Assembly (NCBI GenBank): GCA_039208735.1 | Contig: JBCCQY010000037.1 | Span: forward strand, 1-64,000 | DNA from: Myxococcota bacterium | GTDB lineage: Bacteria > Myxococcota_A > UBA796 > GCA-2862545 | Reading direction: 5' to 3' | Length of the DNA stretch: 64,000 nucleotides | Shown here: positions 16,025 to 26,499 of the stretch, one piece after another | How positions within the stretch are numbered: the stretch's first letter is position 1 | How the letters are laid out: each line of letters starts with the position of its first letter | Made by a program: the position numbers and the translations under genes | The notes under the pieces: generated by a model | What the model saw: only the letters and a program-made list of their open reading frames with translations | Told to the model about the DNA's origin: nothing | The model's database searches: none

Positions 16025-17464
16025 TCAATACTGACAAAGCTGGGTGCCTGGGTTGCACACGACCCTGACGGCCACGTCTGGACGCACGGTCAGTCGCCGT
16101 GGGTAACGGAACTCACCGTCGCCAAAATCGACCCACACCTCATAGTCCCCGGGTGGCAATTGGCCCGGTGCCCGATGAACCTCGCCCGCATGTTTCAAGC
16201 GCACGACCGCCCCCGTGACCAGCACCTCGCCGGTGGGCATGGGAGCTGGCTCGGGCGGGCCTTCATCCGGGGGAGCGAGCGGCCCGGGGCGGGTCACCGG
16301 GGTCGGCTCGGGGGATGCCCCCGGTTCCGGAAGCAGCTCCGAAGCCGGGGGTACCACCACGGTTTCACCAGCTCCATCCACCGAAGTGGCCCGCGCCGAA
16401 CGTTCTTGAAGGGCCAGCATCGCCGCCGCCCCAAGCCCAACCCCGAGGATGAGAAGCACCCCGGTGATCGTGGCGACAACCCCCGCCACCAGTGCCGTTT
16501 GGGGGGTCACCGTGGGCACGATGGTGGAAAGGGCCAGCGGCTGGGGTTCCGTTTTGACGTAGCGATCCGCAGCGGATGATGGCTGGCGCCACGTGACATC
16601 ATCAAGATCGAGCGTGAACCGCCGTGGCGACGTCGACTTTACGGGCTGACCAGCCCAGATCTCGAGCATCTGCTCGCAGCTCTGGTGACGGGCTGCAGGG
16701 TCACGAATCAGCGCTCCTTCGATGGCTCGAAGCATGCGCTCGGGTACGTCCGGGACCAAAGACCGCAGCGGCACGGGTTGTGCTTGCTGGACCGCCTCCC
16801 AAACCTTGTAGACGCTGTCGCCAGAGAACGCCACTCGTCGAGAAAGGAGTTCGTACAGGACCGTTCCGAGAGCCCAAATGTCGCTTCGCGCGTCGACGCG
16901 TTTGCCATCCCGGATTTGCTCGGGCGACATGTAGTTGGGCGTGCCGATGACCGCACCGGTTGGGGTGCGACGGTCGACCTGGATGTGCACGGCAATTCCA
17001 AAGTCGGTGACCATGGGCACGATGTGACCGTCGTCACTGCGAGCAAGCAAGATGTTCTCGGGCTTCAAGTCGCGATGGACGAGCCCGCGGGCATGGGCCG
17101 CCCCAAGCGCAGAAAGAACGGCTTGACCGATCTGGTCGACGTGGTCGATGGTCAGGGGACCCCGCTCGAGAACGTTGGCAAGATCGGGCCCGTCCACGAA
17201 GTCCATGATGAGGGCTGGCGCATCATTGCAAGTGACCACATCGGTCACCCGCACCACGTGAGGATGGCGAAGCGAGGCTTGCAGCCGGCCTTCGCGAAGG
17301 ATGCGTTGCACCGCGTCGCCATGGGCCCGCGTCACGACCTTCATGGCGTGCCAGGCATCAAGTTGGCGATGGCGGACGCGGTAGACCACGGCTTGCCCGC
17401 CCGTGCCGATGGCCTCATGCACCTCGTAGCGCTGGTCGATCACGGTGCCCGAAGCGAGCTGCAT
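16025..17464 (-). CDS. Membrane-anchored Hanks-type Ser/Thr protein kinase
   Basis: IGTGGQAVVY, AMK, HRDLKPEN, DFG, GTPNYMSPEQ, SDIWALG; TM helix; Pro-rich linker and small C-terminal domain. Confidence 0.95.
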   Translation of the reverse strand: MQLASGTVIDQRYEVHEAIGTGGQAVVYRVRHRQLDAWHAMKVVTRAHGDAVQRILREGRLQASLRHPHVVRVTDVVTCNDAPALIMDFVDGPDLANVLERGPLTIDHVDQIGQAVLSALGAAHARGLVHRDLKPENILLARSDDGHIVPMVTDFGIAVHIQVDRRTPTGAVIGTPNYMSPEQIRDGKRVDARSDIWALGTVLYELLSRRVAFSGDSVYKVWEAVQQAQPVPLRSLVPDVPERMLRAIEGALIRDPAARHQSCEQMLEIWAGQPVKSTSPRRFTLDLDDVTWRQPSSAADRYVKTEPQPLALSTIVPTVTPQTALVAGVVATITGVLLILGVGLGAAAMLALQERSARATSVDGAGETVVVPPASELLPEPGASPEPTPVTRPGPLAPPDEGPPEPAPMPTGEVLVTGAVVRLKHAGEVHRAPGQLPPGDYEVWVDFGDGEFRYPRRLTVRPDVAVRVVCNPGTQLCQY

Positions 17465-17593
17465 GGCGTCTCCCGCGCGAGAGTGTAGCCAGCCGGCACG
17501 ATGCCGGCAGGCTCGGGTCGAACGCTACCCTCACGATCCCTGGCCTCCCCAGAGGTCGTGTGGCATATTCCGCACCTCGGATACGGAGCGAGT

Positions 17594-18538
17594 ATGCGGA
17601 TCGACGTCTTCCTCGTGAGCTGCCTCGCGGTGGGTTGTCTGCGGGGCACAGCCGTGCCTGCCGACCCGACACCTACCGACAACCCTGATCCGACAAGGGT
17701 CGAGTGCCCGACCGGCTTCGTTGATGTGAAGGGCGTGTGCGAAGACATCGACGAGTGCGTCGACTCTCCATGCGACGAAAATGCAACTTGCACCAACCTC
17801 GACGGCACGTTCGAGTGCGACTGCACCCAAGGCTACGAGGGCGACGGCACCACGACGTGCCGCGACATCGATGGCTGCGCCAGCAATCCCTGCGCTCAAG
17901 GCGCAGACCCCATGGCCATCTGCACCGATGTACCCGCCCCCGGCATCGGCCACACCTGCGAGTGTAGCAGCAACTCGTTCGTTGATGCATCTGGCAGCTG
18001 CGACCTTTGCAACACCCCCATCGAAGGGCTCATGCCGCTGCCCCCGACCGTGAGCTGCATCGGAGAAGGCGATTGCGAAGGCCAGACGGTCAACTGCCCC
18101 TCGGATCGGGACTGCATGGTCGAGTGCCTGTCGCGCGACTCATGCCCCTCCCTCACCGTGGAGTGCGACCCAGGCTTTCGGTGCATCACGGTCTGCGAAG
18201 CGTCGGATGCCTGTAGCAGTGTCCAAATCGAAGCCAACGACGCCTTCGTGCGGGTCCAGTGCGAAGCGTCCGACTCATGCGAAGGCCTTCGAGTCAACTG
18301 TTCGAAGAGCACGTCCGCCTGTCGGGTCGACTGTGCAGCCCCCGATGCCTGCGCCGCGGCCGAGTTCGTATGCGACGGTGGCCCTTGCCACCTGCGGTGT
18401 AGCGAGGCCGGGTGCGACGGAATGACGCTGACGTGTGGACCCGGGGGGTGTTCGGTCACAGGTTCCGGCCGTGACGGAGCCGACCGAAGCTGCCCGCCCG
18501 AAGGATGCACCTGCTTCGATCCCGTCATGCTACCGTGA
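17594..18538 (+). CDS. Cys-rich lipoprotein with calcium-binding EGF-like domains and Cys-ladder repeats
   Basis: Lipobox AVGC; DIDECVDSPCDENATCTNLDGTFECDCTQGYEGDG; about 23-aa Cys repeats in C-half. Confidence 0.85.
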   Translation: MRIDVFLVSCLAVGCLRGTAVPADPTPTDNPDPTRVECPTGFVDVKGVCEDIDECVDSPCDENATCTNLDGTFECDCTQGYEGDGTTTCRDIDGCASNPCAQGADPMAICTDVPAPGIGHTCECSSNSFVDASGSCDLCNTPIEGLMPLPPTVSCIGEGDCEGQTVNCPSDRDCMVECLSRDSCPSLTVECDPGFRCITVCEASDACSSVQIEANDAFVRVQCEASDSCEGLRVNCSKSTSACRVDCAAPDACAAAEFVCDGGPCHLRCSEAGCDGMTLTCGPGGCSVTGSGRDGADRSCPPEGCTCFDPVMLP

Positions 18539-18541
18539 ACC

Positions 18542-19771
18542 ATGCCACGTTGGTTACTGTGCGTCGCTGCTGCAGCGTGCGCACCCGTCGAACTCGCCAC
18601 GGTTTCGCCCCGTCCGGGTGACGCAAACGTCCTGCCAGACGCGATGCCCACGTTCGAGCTATCGCGGAGGGCAAACCTAGACGATGCCGTCGTAGCGTGG
18701 ATGGTATGGGGGACCGACCTCCACGAGTTTGCCAATCAGGTCCCGCTCGAACTCCTGCCCGCCCACCGCCACTGGTCGATGAACCACCGCGTTCCGGCGC
18801 GTCTCGAACGCATCGATGGTCGCACGGTGGCCGTGCGCCCGCTGGGGCCGGTACCTGCGGGCCGCATGCAGCACGTGCGCATTACCGGTCTGGGAGGCGA
18901 TCCGATCGAGGTGCAGTTTCGCACTCGGCGCAATCCGCTGGTGCTCGCTTGGCGGACCACCTCGTACGAAGAGGTGGTGTTGGCCACCCACTGCGAGGTC
19001 GACGAGGCGCTTCGGTTTGAACGATGCATCGAAGGTCGAGCCAACGTCGTGCCTGATCAGGCTCCAAACCCAGCTGCGATCAGCCCGTCTGATGAACGTC
19101 GCTACACCTACGATAGTGAGGCGATCGTAGGCATCGAGATCAACGCCTTGGACGCGGCGGGCAACCCGACCGACCCACGAATCGAGAAACGGGTCTACGG
19201 GCCGCGCGAGATCATGGTCGAACGCACGATCGAAAACGAGTCAGGGCGGATCGAGAGTTCCACGGTTCAGCAAGTCAATCCGCGAGGATTTGTTGTCGAC
19301 ACCGCCGAGTATTGGGGAGCCCCACTCAAGAGCGCATTGCGGTTCGGTGAACGGCGAGAAGTCGCGCCCGAGGGTCACGACGCCCTGCGCGAGTTCCGAA
19401 ACAGCGACGGCATCGAATTCGTTGTGGAGTATGAGGTGGATGAGCTGGGCCGACTTCAGCGAAGTGTGACGTTCAGAAACGGAAGTCCCGTCGGCGAAGT
19501 CGAGTCGTTTGAGTACGACAACGACGGCCGCCTCGCCGCAAGGTTCTACGGCTACACCACCGAACAAGACCCCGAAGAAGGTTCGATGGAGCGTCTTCAA
19601 CACGACGCCGATGGGTTCCTCGCCCGACGACAGTTCTTTGTTGAGCCGGGCGATGACGGGACCCCCGCTTGGACGATCACGTACACGCACGATGACGACG
19701 GCCAGCTGCTTCGGACCGAGGGAACGGCTGGCGAAGATTCGCCACTCAACGTCGCCGTCTACCTTCCGTAG
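18542..19771 (+). CDS. Lipoprotein with Ig-like N-domain and YD/RHS-like repeats
   Basis: Lipobox AAAC; SPRPGDANV; YEVDELGRL, YDNDGRL, HDADGFL, HDDDGQL. Confidence 0.7.
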   Translation: MPRWLLCVAAAACAPVELATVSPRPGDANVLPDAMPTFELSRRANLDDAVVAWMVWGTDLHEFANQVPLELLPAHRHWSMNHRVPARLERIDGRTVAVRPLGPVPAGRMQHVRITGLGGDPIEVQFRTRRNPLVLAWRTTSYEEVVLATHCEVDEALRFERCIEGRANVVPDQAPNPAAISPSDERRYTYDSEAIVGIEINALDAAGNPTDPRIEKRVYGPREIMVERTIENESGRIESSTVQQVNPRGFVVDTAEYWGAPLKSALRFGERREVAPEGHDALREFRNSDGIEFVVEYEVDELGRLQRSVTFRNGSPVGEVESFEYDNDGRLAARFYGYTTEQDPEEGSMERLQHDADGFLARRQFFVEPGDDGTPAWTITYTHDDDGQLLRTEGTAGEDSPLNVAVYLP

Positions 19772-19811
19772 AGGGTTAGGCGGAGTCCGCCCTTCGAAAT
19801 GCGAGCGTTCG

Positions 19812-22800
19812 ATGACCGGACTGGTGTTTTTCGTCACGTTGGCGGGTGCTGGCGAGCCCGATCCCGCGATGCTCCACGAGCCGCTGCCCCCTCACTACAC
19901 AACCGCCCTCGAGACCTATCAAGCATCACCGACCGAACCCCACCAGACGACCCTGATCGAGGCGCGTGACGCGGAGTCGCTGCGCTGCATCGAGGCCAAC
20001 GACGCCGGAGACCTCTATGCAGCGCGAACCGCCTGCGAACGGTCCTTGTTCTTGGGTGAAGCGGCGACGTTCGTAGGGGATGCCAATCTGGAGATCATTC
20101 GTCGCGCGCTCGGTAAACTAAATGCCGACCTCGGCGACCTCAACGCTGCCGCCCACCATTACCAAGGGGCGCTTGAGAACCAACGCGCCACCCTGGGCAA
20201 CGAACACCCGACTACGGGCTTCACGCTCGTGCAGCTTGCCGGCGTGCAGTTCGCAACGTCACGCGAAACCTCGAAGGCAAATTACCTCGAGGGTTTGCGA
20301 ATTCTCGAAGCGACCGAGGGCCCCGACGCTCCCTTGGTCGGTCAAGTCCGGCTTGCGCTCGGCTCAGTACTGCAAGCGATGGACGAACTTGACAATGCCG
20401 AGGCCTCCGTCCGTCGCGGCCTCGAGATCTTCATCGGTGCGTTTGGTCCAGATGACGCCCAGGTCCTTCCCGCGATGCAACAATTGGCCGACCTGTTGAT
20501 GGTGCGCGAGGCCTATGCCGAGTCGGAAGGACTGGTCCGCCGCCAATTGGTGATCCAGGAACGGATCTTCGGCACCAAGGACCGCCGCACGCTCGAGAGC
20601 CTGCATATGTTGGCGTCACTCCGCCATCTTCAGGGTGACCCCTCCGAGGCGCTCACGTTGATTCAGGAGCGCTACCAACGCCGCGCCGATGTGGACACGC
20701 TTGCCGATTTGGCCCTTCAAACATCGCGAGTAGGCCAACTCAAGGAGGCGGAAGCCCGCTACTCGCAACTGGTGGATCAGCTGCGACGCACGGTGGGCAA
20801 CTCCGAAAAGACGGCTCACGCGCTGGCTGGACTCGCGCGCGTCCGGGCCGAGCGCTCGAATCCCTCGGGAGCCGAACAGGCCTACCGCGAAGCCCTGGCC
20901 GTGCTCGACGCGATGGAATCCCCCCCGCTACACCTCGCCCGGAACTTCACCGACGCGCTGGTCCAGCTGCTCCTCCAGCAGACGGGTCGTGACGACGACA
21001 TTCAAGCCCTCCTCCAAGCCCAACTGGCGCGCACGACCACCTCTGAGCGACCCGACGCCGCGTTGACCGGCGAAAGCTGGTACAACCTCGGACGGCACCA
21101 CGTCGGCAACCTCAAGTGGCGCGAAGCAGAAGCCGCATTTCGCCAGGCCGCCGCCCTGTTGCGAACCCCCGCCGAGCCGTCCCCACTCCAACTGCTCAAC
21201 CTTGCGCAAACGCTGAACTGGCTTGGGCGGACCCAGAACGTGCTCGGCCGCAATACCGAAGCGCTGCGAACCCTCAACGAGGCATTGACGTTGACGACCC
21301 AGTACGGCGACCAAGGCCGCATGGGCAGTGTTCGGTTGAATCTAGGCAATGCCTTGGCGAGCCTAGGCCGGCTGCAAGAGGCCGAGGTCACGGTTCGCAC
21401 CGCCTTGGCGGACTACGAAGCGCACTATGGGCGCGAGCATCGCGAAACGGTCATCGCCCTTGGCAATCTGGCCGAAGTAACTCGTTTGCAAGGCCGGTTT
21501 GCGGATGCCGAAGCCCAACTTCGGCGGGTCATCGCGCTCGAAGAATCTGGGCTTGGGGTTGACGATCGCGGCTTGGTCTTCCCCCTCAACAACCTGGCCG
21601 CCACCCTGCGCGCCCAGGGACGCATCGAGGAGGCCGAAGCCACCTACGACCGCGCCCTCACCATCGCAGAGGCGAACGACGGGCGAGACGCGCCACTCGT
21701 GGGCACCCTCCTCAACAACTTGGCCGTGATGCTGCTCCAGGCTGGCCGGTCACTCGAGGCCGAATCTCGAGCCCGCCGAGCCCTCGCCATCGCGGAAGCC
21801 ACCACCCCTCCGGGCCATCCCTATCGAAACACTCGCATTGGAAACGTGGCCGCGACCCTCCGAGATCAGAAGCGGTACGACGAAGCGCGGACCCTGCTCG
21901 AGGAGGCCTTGGCCGCATCCAAGGCCTCGCTTCCCGAGGGGCATCCCGAGACCGGAATCCTCGAAAGCAACCTCGGCGAACTCCTTTCGACCTCGGGCAA
22001 CGATGACGCGGCGCTCCCGCACTACCTACACGCCTTACGGATCCACGAAACCACCCTCGGCCCTACCCATCCCACCGTGGGTCGCGACCTGCTGAACCTG
22101 TCGCTGCTTTACGTACGCCTCGGAGATCTCGAGTCGGCCCACAAAACGCTCGAGCGAACGCTGGAAGTCGAAGAGAGTTCGCTCCGGGAGAACCTGTTCG
22201 CGGCCAGTTCCGACCAACGTCGCCAGACGTTTGTGCTCTTCGACATCACCACCGCAGACGCGCTGACATTGCATCTGCAGCATCGGCCCACCACGGAAGC
22301 GTCGGCTCGTCTTGCCTTGCTCACGTTGCTCCGTCGGAAGGGACGCTTGGTCGACCTTGAGCAGGACACCGTACAGATGGCACGTCGCTCTGGTGACTCC
22401 ACCGCCTTGGCCAAGCTCGAGGAGCTGGAAGGGCTTCTGGCGCGCCGCGGGGTCCTCCAGAACACACCGCCCCAGGACACCGCGGCACGACAGGCGTGGG
22501 AGGCCGAGACCGAACGCCTCGACCGCGCGACCACCCAACTCGAACGAGAACTCGCTGCGTTGTCGAGCCCCTTTCGGGAAGCCCTTCGCCCCGTCACCCT
22601 CGAGGCGGTCACCAAGGTGCTGCCCAAGGATGCCGCCCTCATCGAGTACGTGGTCTACGAGCCCTATGACTTCAAGGCCATTCGCTTCGAACCTGCCCGG
22701 TACGCGGCCTACGTCCTGCAGCCGGACGGCTCCGTGACCGCGCACGATCTAGGCCTCGCCAAGGAAATCGACACACTGATCGCGAAGTTCCGGACGGGGC

Positions 22801-23849
22801 TGGTCCAGCAAGCACCCTTGAGCGAGCTTGGGCCGATGCTCTACGAGCGCGTCCTCGAACCGGTCCTCAAGGGGCTTACCGCCGATCGCCTGCTGGTTTC
22901 GAGCGACGGGCTGCTCAACCTGGTGCCCCTCGATGCCGTAAGGGCGGCCTACGATCTCGAGGGTGAAGATGAACGGCGCTTTTCGTACCTGACGTCGGGC
23001 CGCGACCTGCTGCGCACGCTCCCCTCTGAACAGGCAGCACCGCCTACGGTGGTGTTCGACGTGGATTACGACAAGGCGGAGCGTGAGGGTGTACCCATCG
23101 AGGTGGGTTCGCGCCTGCGTTGGCAAGCCCTACCCGGAGCCGCCGCCGAGGGTCGTGCGGTGGCCGAACAACTGGGGGCACAAACCCTCACGGCTACCCA
23201 AGCCACCGAGACCCGAGTCAAGGAACTCGAGGGCCCGCGCATCCTTCACGTTGCATCGCACGGCTACTTCGCCGCCGAGCAGCCTGCAGCGCCGCCCCTC
23301 GAACCGACCCGCGGTCTGGACTTCGCCCCACGCCCCCCTGGCGCAGGGGAGGCCGACAGCGCGTTGTACGGCAACTTGGCCGGCGCTACCCAGGGCGGGG
23401 CCAGCCCATTGCTCCGCAGCGGCATTGTGCTTGCGGGCGCCAACGCCCTGCCGCAGGGCAACGACGATGGGATGCTCACCGCAGCCGAAGTCGCCAACCT
23501 CGACCTGCAGGGCACAGACCTGGTCGTGCTCTCGGCCTGTGAAACGGGGCTTGGCGAAGTTCGAAACGGAGACGGCGTTCACGGCCTACGCCGCGCATTG
23601 ATCCTGGCCGGCTCGGAAGCTCAGGTGCTCAGTTTGTGGCAAGTGGACGATGCCGCCACCCAAGCCCTCATGCAAAGGTTCTACAAGCGCATCGGGCGAG
23701 GTGACACCGTGGATAAGGCGCTCGCGCGGGCCCAGCGATCCTTACGCCGCGAGATTCGGTGGAACCACCCCTACTATTGGGCTTCCTTCACCGTGTCTGG
23801 CAACGCCGATGTGAGCCCCCGCGCCCGACGAAGAGGGTCCAAGCGATGA
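19812..23849 (+). CDS. TPR-repeat protein with C-terminal CHAT (caspase-like) protease domain
   Basis: Many kinesin-light-chain-type TPRs (LNNLA, GxxHP); LHVASHGYF and LVVLSACETG with His/Cys dyad; SLWQVDD, HPYYWASF; ATG 19812 avoids overlap with upstream gene. Confidence 0.92.
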   Translation: MTGLVFFVTLAGAGEPDPAMLHEPLPPHYTTALETYQASPTEPHQTTLIEARDAESLRCIEANDAGDLYAARTACERSLFLGEAATFVGDANLEIIRRALGKLNADLGDLNAAAHHYQGALENQRATLGNEHPTTGFTLVQLAGVQFATSRETSKANYLEGLRILEATEGPDAPLVGQVRLALGSVLQAMDELDNAEASVRRGLEIFIGAFGPDDAQVLPAMQQLADLLMVREAYAESEGLVRRQLVIQERIFGTKDRRTLESLHMLASLRHLQGDPSEALTLIQERYQRRADVDTLADLALQTSRVGQLKEAEARYSQLVDQLRRTVGNSEKTAHALAGLARVRAERSNPSGAEQAYREALAVLDAMESPPLHLARNFTDALVQLLLQQTGRDDDIQALLQAQLARTTTSERPDAALTGESWYNLGRHHVGNLKWREAEAAFRQAAALLRTPAEPSPLQLLNLAQTLNWLGRTQNVLGRNTEALRTLNEALTLTTQYGDQGRMGSVRLNLGNALASLGRLQEAEVTVRTALADYEAHYGREHRETVIALGNLAEVTRLQGRFADAEAQLRRVIALEESGLGVDDRGLVFPLNNLAATLRAQGRIEEAEATYDRALTIAEANDGRDAPLVGTLLNNLAVMLLQAGRSLEAESRARRALAIAEATTPPGHPYRNTRIGNVAATLRDQKRYDEARTLLEEALAASKASLPEGHPETGILESNLGELLSTSGNDDAALPHYLHALRIHETTLGPTHPTVGRDLLNLSLLYVRLGDLESAHKTLERTLEVEESSLRENLFAASSDQRRQTFVLFDITTADALTLHLQHRPTTEASARLALLTLLRRKGRLVDLEQDTVQMARRSGDSTALAKLEELEGLLARRGVLQNTPPQDTAARQAWEAETERLDRATTQLERELAALSSPFREALRPVTLEAVTKVLPKDAALIEYVVYEPYDFKAIRFEPARYAAYVLQPDGSVTAHDLGLAKEIDTLIAKFRTGLVQQAPLSELGPMLYERVLEPVLKGLTADRLLVSSDGLLNLVPLDAVRAAYDLEGEDERRFSYLTSGRDLLRTLPSEQAAPPTVVFDVDYDKAEREGVPIEVGSRLRWQALPGAAAEGRAVAEQLGAQTLTATQATETRVKELEGPRILHVASHGYFAAEQPAAPPLEPTRGLDFAPRPPGAGEADSALYGNLAGATQGGASPLLRSGIVLAGANALPQGNDDGMLTAAEVANLDLQGTDLVVLSACETGLGEVRNGDGVHGLRRALILAGSEAQVLSLWQVDDAATQALMQRFYKRIGRGDTVDKALARAQRSLRREIRWNHPYYWASFTVSGNADVSPRARRRGSKR

Positions 23850-23867
23850 ATGGCCGAGCCAACGCCG

Positions 23868-25688
23868 TCAGGGTAGCCGATGCAGGACGTCCTTCATCCA
23901 GGCCAGGTCGGAATCCTGCGGATTGGTTGCGAAAGCGTGGCGCATGGCTTTCTCAGCCCGTCGCCTCGGCTCGGGGTCATCGAGGCGTCGCAGCGACTCG
24001 AGGAACGCCATGAGTGCGATGCCTTTATCGAGCTGGGGGGCCCTTCGGCGGAGCAGCTTGCGCAGTGGCCACACCCGTGTCACCGACCTGGGAGCAAACG
24101 TAACCGCATCGCGGTAGGTCACGGTCACGCCAAAGAGCGCATTCAAGTCGACCGGACCGCAGGCCTTGAGGCGCTGATGCAACACCATGGCATCATTCGG
24201 AGCCAAGTGCTGAGGTCGCACATCGTCGGCGTCGGTTGAGATTTCTTCACCCGAGAACGACTCCACATCCACGGTCAGTCCAGCCGGGAGATCGTAGCGG
24301 ATCTTGACATCCCGAGCCGCCACCGAAACCGTCTCCAAGAACCGTTGCCCAAACATCCGCGCCGATTCGGCTTCGTCGTGAATGTAGACCGTAGCCCCCC
24401 GGCCAAGGTCCGTGACTCGGTCCATGACGTTGTCCCGGTAGGACACTCCGATCCCCACGCCAATCAGATAAATGCCTTCTTCGTCCTCTCCCCCTGCGGC
24501 CTGCCCGATGAGCGCTTCATTCGTCTCGCCAACGTTGACCCCTCCATCACTAACGAGCACAACCCGATCGATTCGTCCAGCCCCTGCACACTGACGGGCC
24601 AGTTCGTACCCGGCCTTCAGACCCTGAAACAAATTCGTTCCGCCACCCGTCCGGAGCTGACCGATCGCAAATTCGAATCTGGGATCACGCGGGCCCTTCA
24701 CCTTCAATCCCTCTAGCAGAACCGTCTGGTCCAGATTCCAGCTCACCACGTTCACGATGTCACCATGCCGCAGCTGGCTCGAAACGTCCCGGAGCACCTG
24801 CTGGGTCAGCGCGATGGGCCACCCCGACATCGAGCCCGAGGTGTCAAGCACGAATGTTAGGTTCATCGGTTGGCGATCGGCGCGACGTACCTGGGGGGAT
24901 GTCACGGCCACCTGGAGGGTCCACTCTCCAGCTTCGGAGGCCGCAGCGAGATCCGCCTCAATCCCGACCAGCCCCTCTTTGGCAGGAGGGTAGTCCCACT
25001 GTGCATAGTTGAAGAATTCCCATTGCCGGTCGGCCAATCCGGGCAACGCCCAATGCAGCGTATCCGCATGGGCGCGGACCTGTCCGGGGGCCGACATGGA
25101 GTTGCTATCGTCAGGGGACACCCACCACGGCTGTGGCTCACGGGGATTGCAGGCTTCCGCAGAACGGCGCAAGCGAGCCTTCGGAGGTGCGACCGCGGCG
25201 GGCCGCGGCCCCTCTGCGCGACCAGCTGTACCCCCCGAATTCCCGGGTACACCGAGCTGTACTCCCGCCACAATGTTGACGGCACTGTTGTAGGTGCGCC
25301 CCGACGGTATTGGGAGCTCGGGAGCCCCGCCGATGTGTTTCGCGAGCAGCTCGACCCGCACCTTGGTGAGGCGTTGAGGCTTCACTTCGATTCCCTTGAT
25401 GTATTTGGGATCGTAGCCCTTCGCGAAGACCTCGATGTCATAGGTGCCCACAGGCCATTCATTCACCTGCTTTTCGCCAAGCCCATCGGTGAAGTAATCT
25501 GCCCGCCCTCCGAAAAGGGTCTCCCCGATCACCCCTACCCGCACGCCTGAAATAGACTGTCCCACGTCCCCAACGACCAAAATGCGCAACGATCCGGTCT
25601 CCCCCGCCTTGGCCGATGGAACCACACCGCAGGCCAGCCACAAGACCACCCCCCATCGCGCAATGCGATGGAACCACGACCCTTTCAT
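23868..25688 (-). CDS. Exported vWA-domain protein with N-terminal carboxypeptidase-regulatory-like domain
   Basis: MIDAS LDTSGSM, GGGTNL, VLVSDG; signal ending AKA; ATG 25688. Confidence 0.85.
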   Translation of the reverse strand: MKGSWFHRIARWGVVLWLACGVVPSAKAGETGSLRILVVGDVGQSISGVRVGVIGETLFGGRADYFTDGLGEKQVNEWPVGTYDIEVFAKGYDPKYIKGIEVKPQRLTKVRVELLAKHIGGAPELPIPSGRTYNSAVNIVAGVQLGVPGNSGGTAGRAEGPRPAAVAPPKARLRRSAEACNPREPQPWWVSPDDSNSMSAPGQVRAHADTLHWALPGLADRQWEFFNYAQWDYPPAKEGLVGIEADLAAASEAGEWTLQVAVTSPQVRRADRQPMNLTFVLDTSGSMSGWPIALTQQVLRDVSSQLRHGDIVNVVSWNLDQTVLLEGLKVKGPRDPRFEFAIGQLRTGGGTNLFQGLKAGYELARQCAGAGRIDRVVLVSDGGVNVGETNEALIGQAAGGEDEEGIYLIGVGIGVSYRDNVMDRVTDLGRGATVYIHDEAESARMFGQRFLETVSVAARDVKIRYDLPAGLTVDVESFSGEEISTDADDVRPQHLAPNDAMVLHQRLKACGPVDLNALFGVTVTYRDAVTFAPRSVTRVWPLRKLLRRRAPQLDKGIALMAFLESLRRLDDPEPRRRAEKAMRHAFATNPQDSDLAWMKDVLHRLP

Positions 25689-25747
25689 CGGTACTCCCGA
25701 TCCGTTGCCCTGGTGGTGGCGCCAGCCCAACCGTTGTAAAGTCGCGA

Positions 25748-26446
25748 CTAGAGCCTTCGCGAAAGCCTGGTTCGTGCACGATCCGTCATGTTCTCCAACG
25801 TCAGAGGGCACAGGCAGAGCAGCGCACACCCTTCGCGCCATGACGGATTTCGCCTTCGAAAGAACCGAGCCTTGGGGTCATCGAGGTCGGTCGACCAAGA
25901 GGCGTCGTTGGGAACAATGTCGTACCGAGCCAATCCCATGTTCGCGTTGTACTTGGGCAGGTGTTGCCCCGCCGCATCCATGAGGTGCTTCGCGGAAGCC
26001 GGGGTAGGCAAGTGAGGATGCGGCCAGTACAACACCATGCTGCGGGTTAGTTGCACGTAAGCCTCTTCACGATTCGCAGCAAACGCCCAATGCAATTTGG
26101 CATCAGGATAGAGCCGTCTCATTCTCGCGTACGCGGACAAGATGAGCCATGACCCTAACCCTCGCCCGCGGTAGGCAGGGTCGACGAGGATGGTGGTCGC
26201 AAGCAGCACGAGGTGGTTGGTCTTCCCGATTTGTTCTTCGATCAGCTGGAACAGCATGACGGCAACCAACTGACCGCCATGGGTTCGCCCCAAACAAAAC
26301 TCGTCGGCGGTGTTCATGCGGTACGGAAGGCTCGCCGTCCGGTAGCCCGTGCAAGCCTCGATGAACGAGGCAATCTCACGGCGAAGCGTCGCAGTGACGT
26401 GATGGGACGGCAGGCAAACCTTGATGAACCGTTCTGCGTCGGACAT
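25748..26446 (-). CDS. GNAT-fold acyltransferase
   Basis: Motif A LVDPAYRGRGLG; GGAGG RBS. Confidence 0.75.
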   Translation of the reverse strand: MSDAERFIKVCLPSHHVTATLRREIASFIEACTGYRTASLPYRMNTADEFCLGRTHGGQLVAVMLFQLIEEQIGKTNHLVLLATTILVDPAYRGRGLGSWLILSAYARMRRLYPDAKLHWAFAANREEAYVQLTRSMVLYWPHPHLPTPASAKHLMDAAGQHLPKYNANMGLARYDIVPNDASWSTDLDDPKARFFRRRNPSWREGCALLCLCPLTLENMTDRARTRLSRRL

Positions 26447-26499
26447 AGGTGGACCTCCATCCCTCCGCTACGAGATCGAGCCCAGAATCCCGCCAAACT

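Noticed and set aside
18542..19771. Rhs polymorphic toxin (also 57708-58733)
   Set aside because: Too short, no DPxG core end, toxin tip or immunity gene
19509..19811. N-terminal extensions in the ORF track (also 30725-33379, 50370-51704, 51112-52050, 23868-25841)
   Set aside because: They overlap neighbouring real genes; downstream starts fit better
19812..25688. TPR-CHAT plus vWA as one conflict-system operon
   Set aside because: Genes are convergent, and no MoxR ATPase or other partner is present
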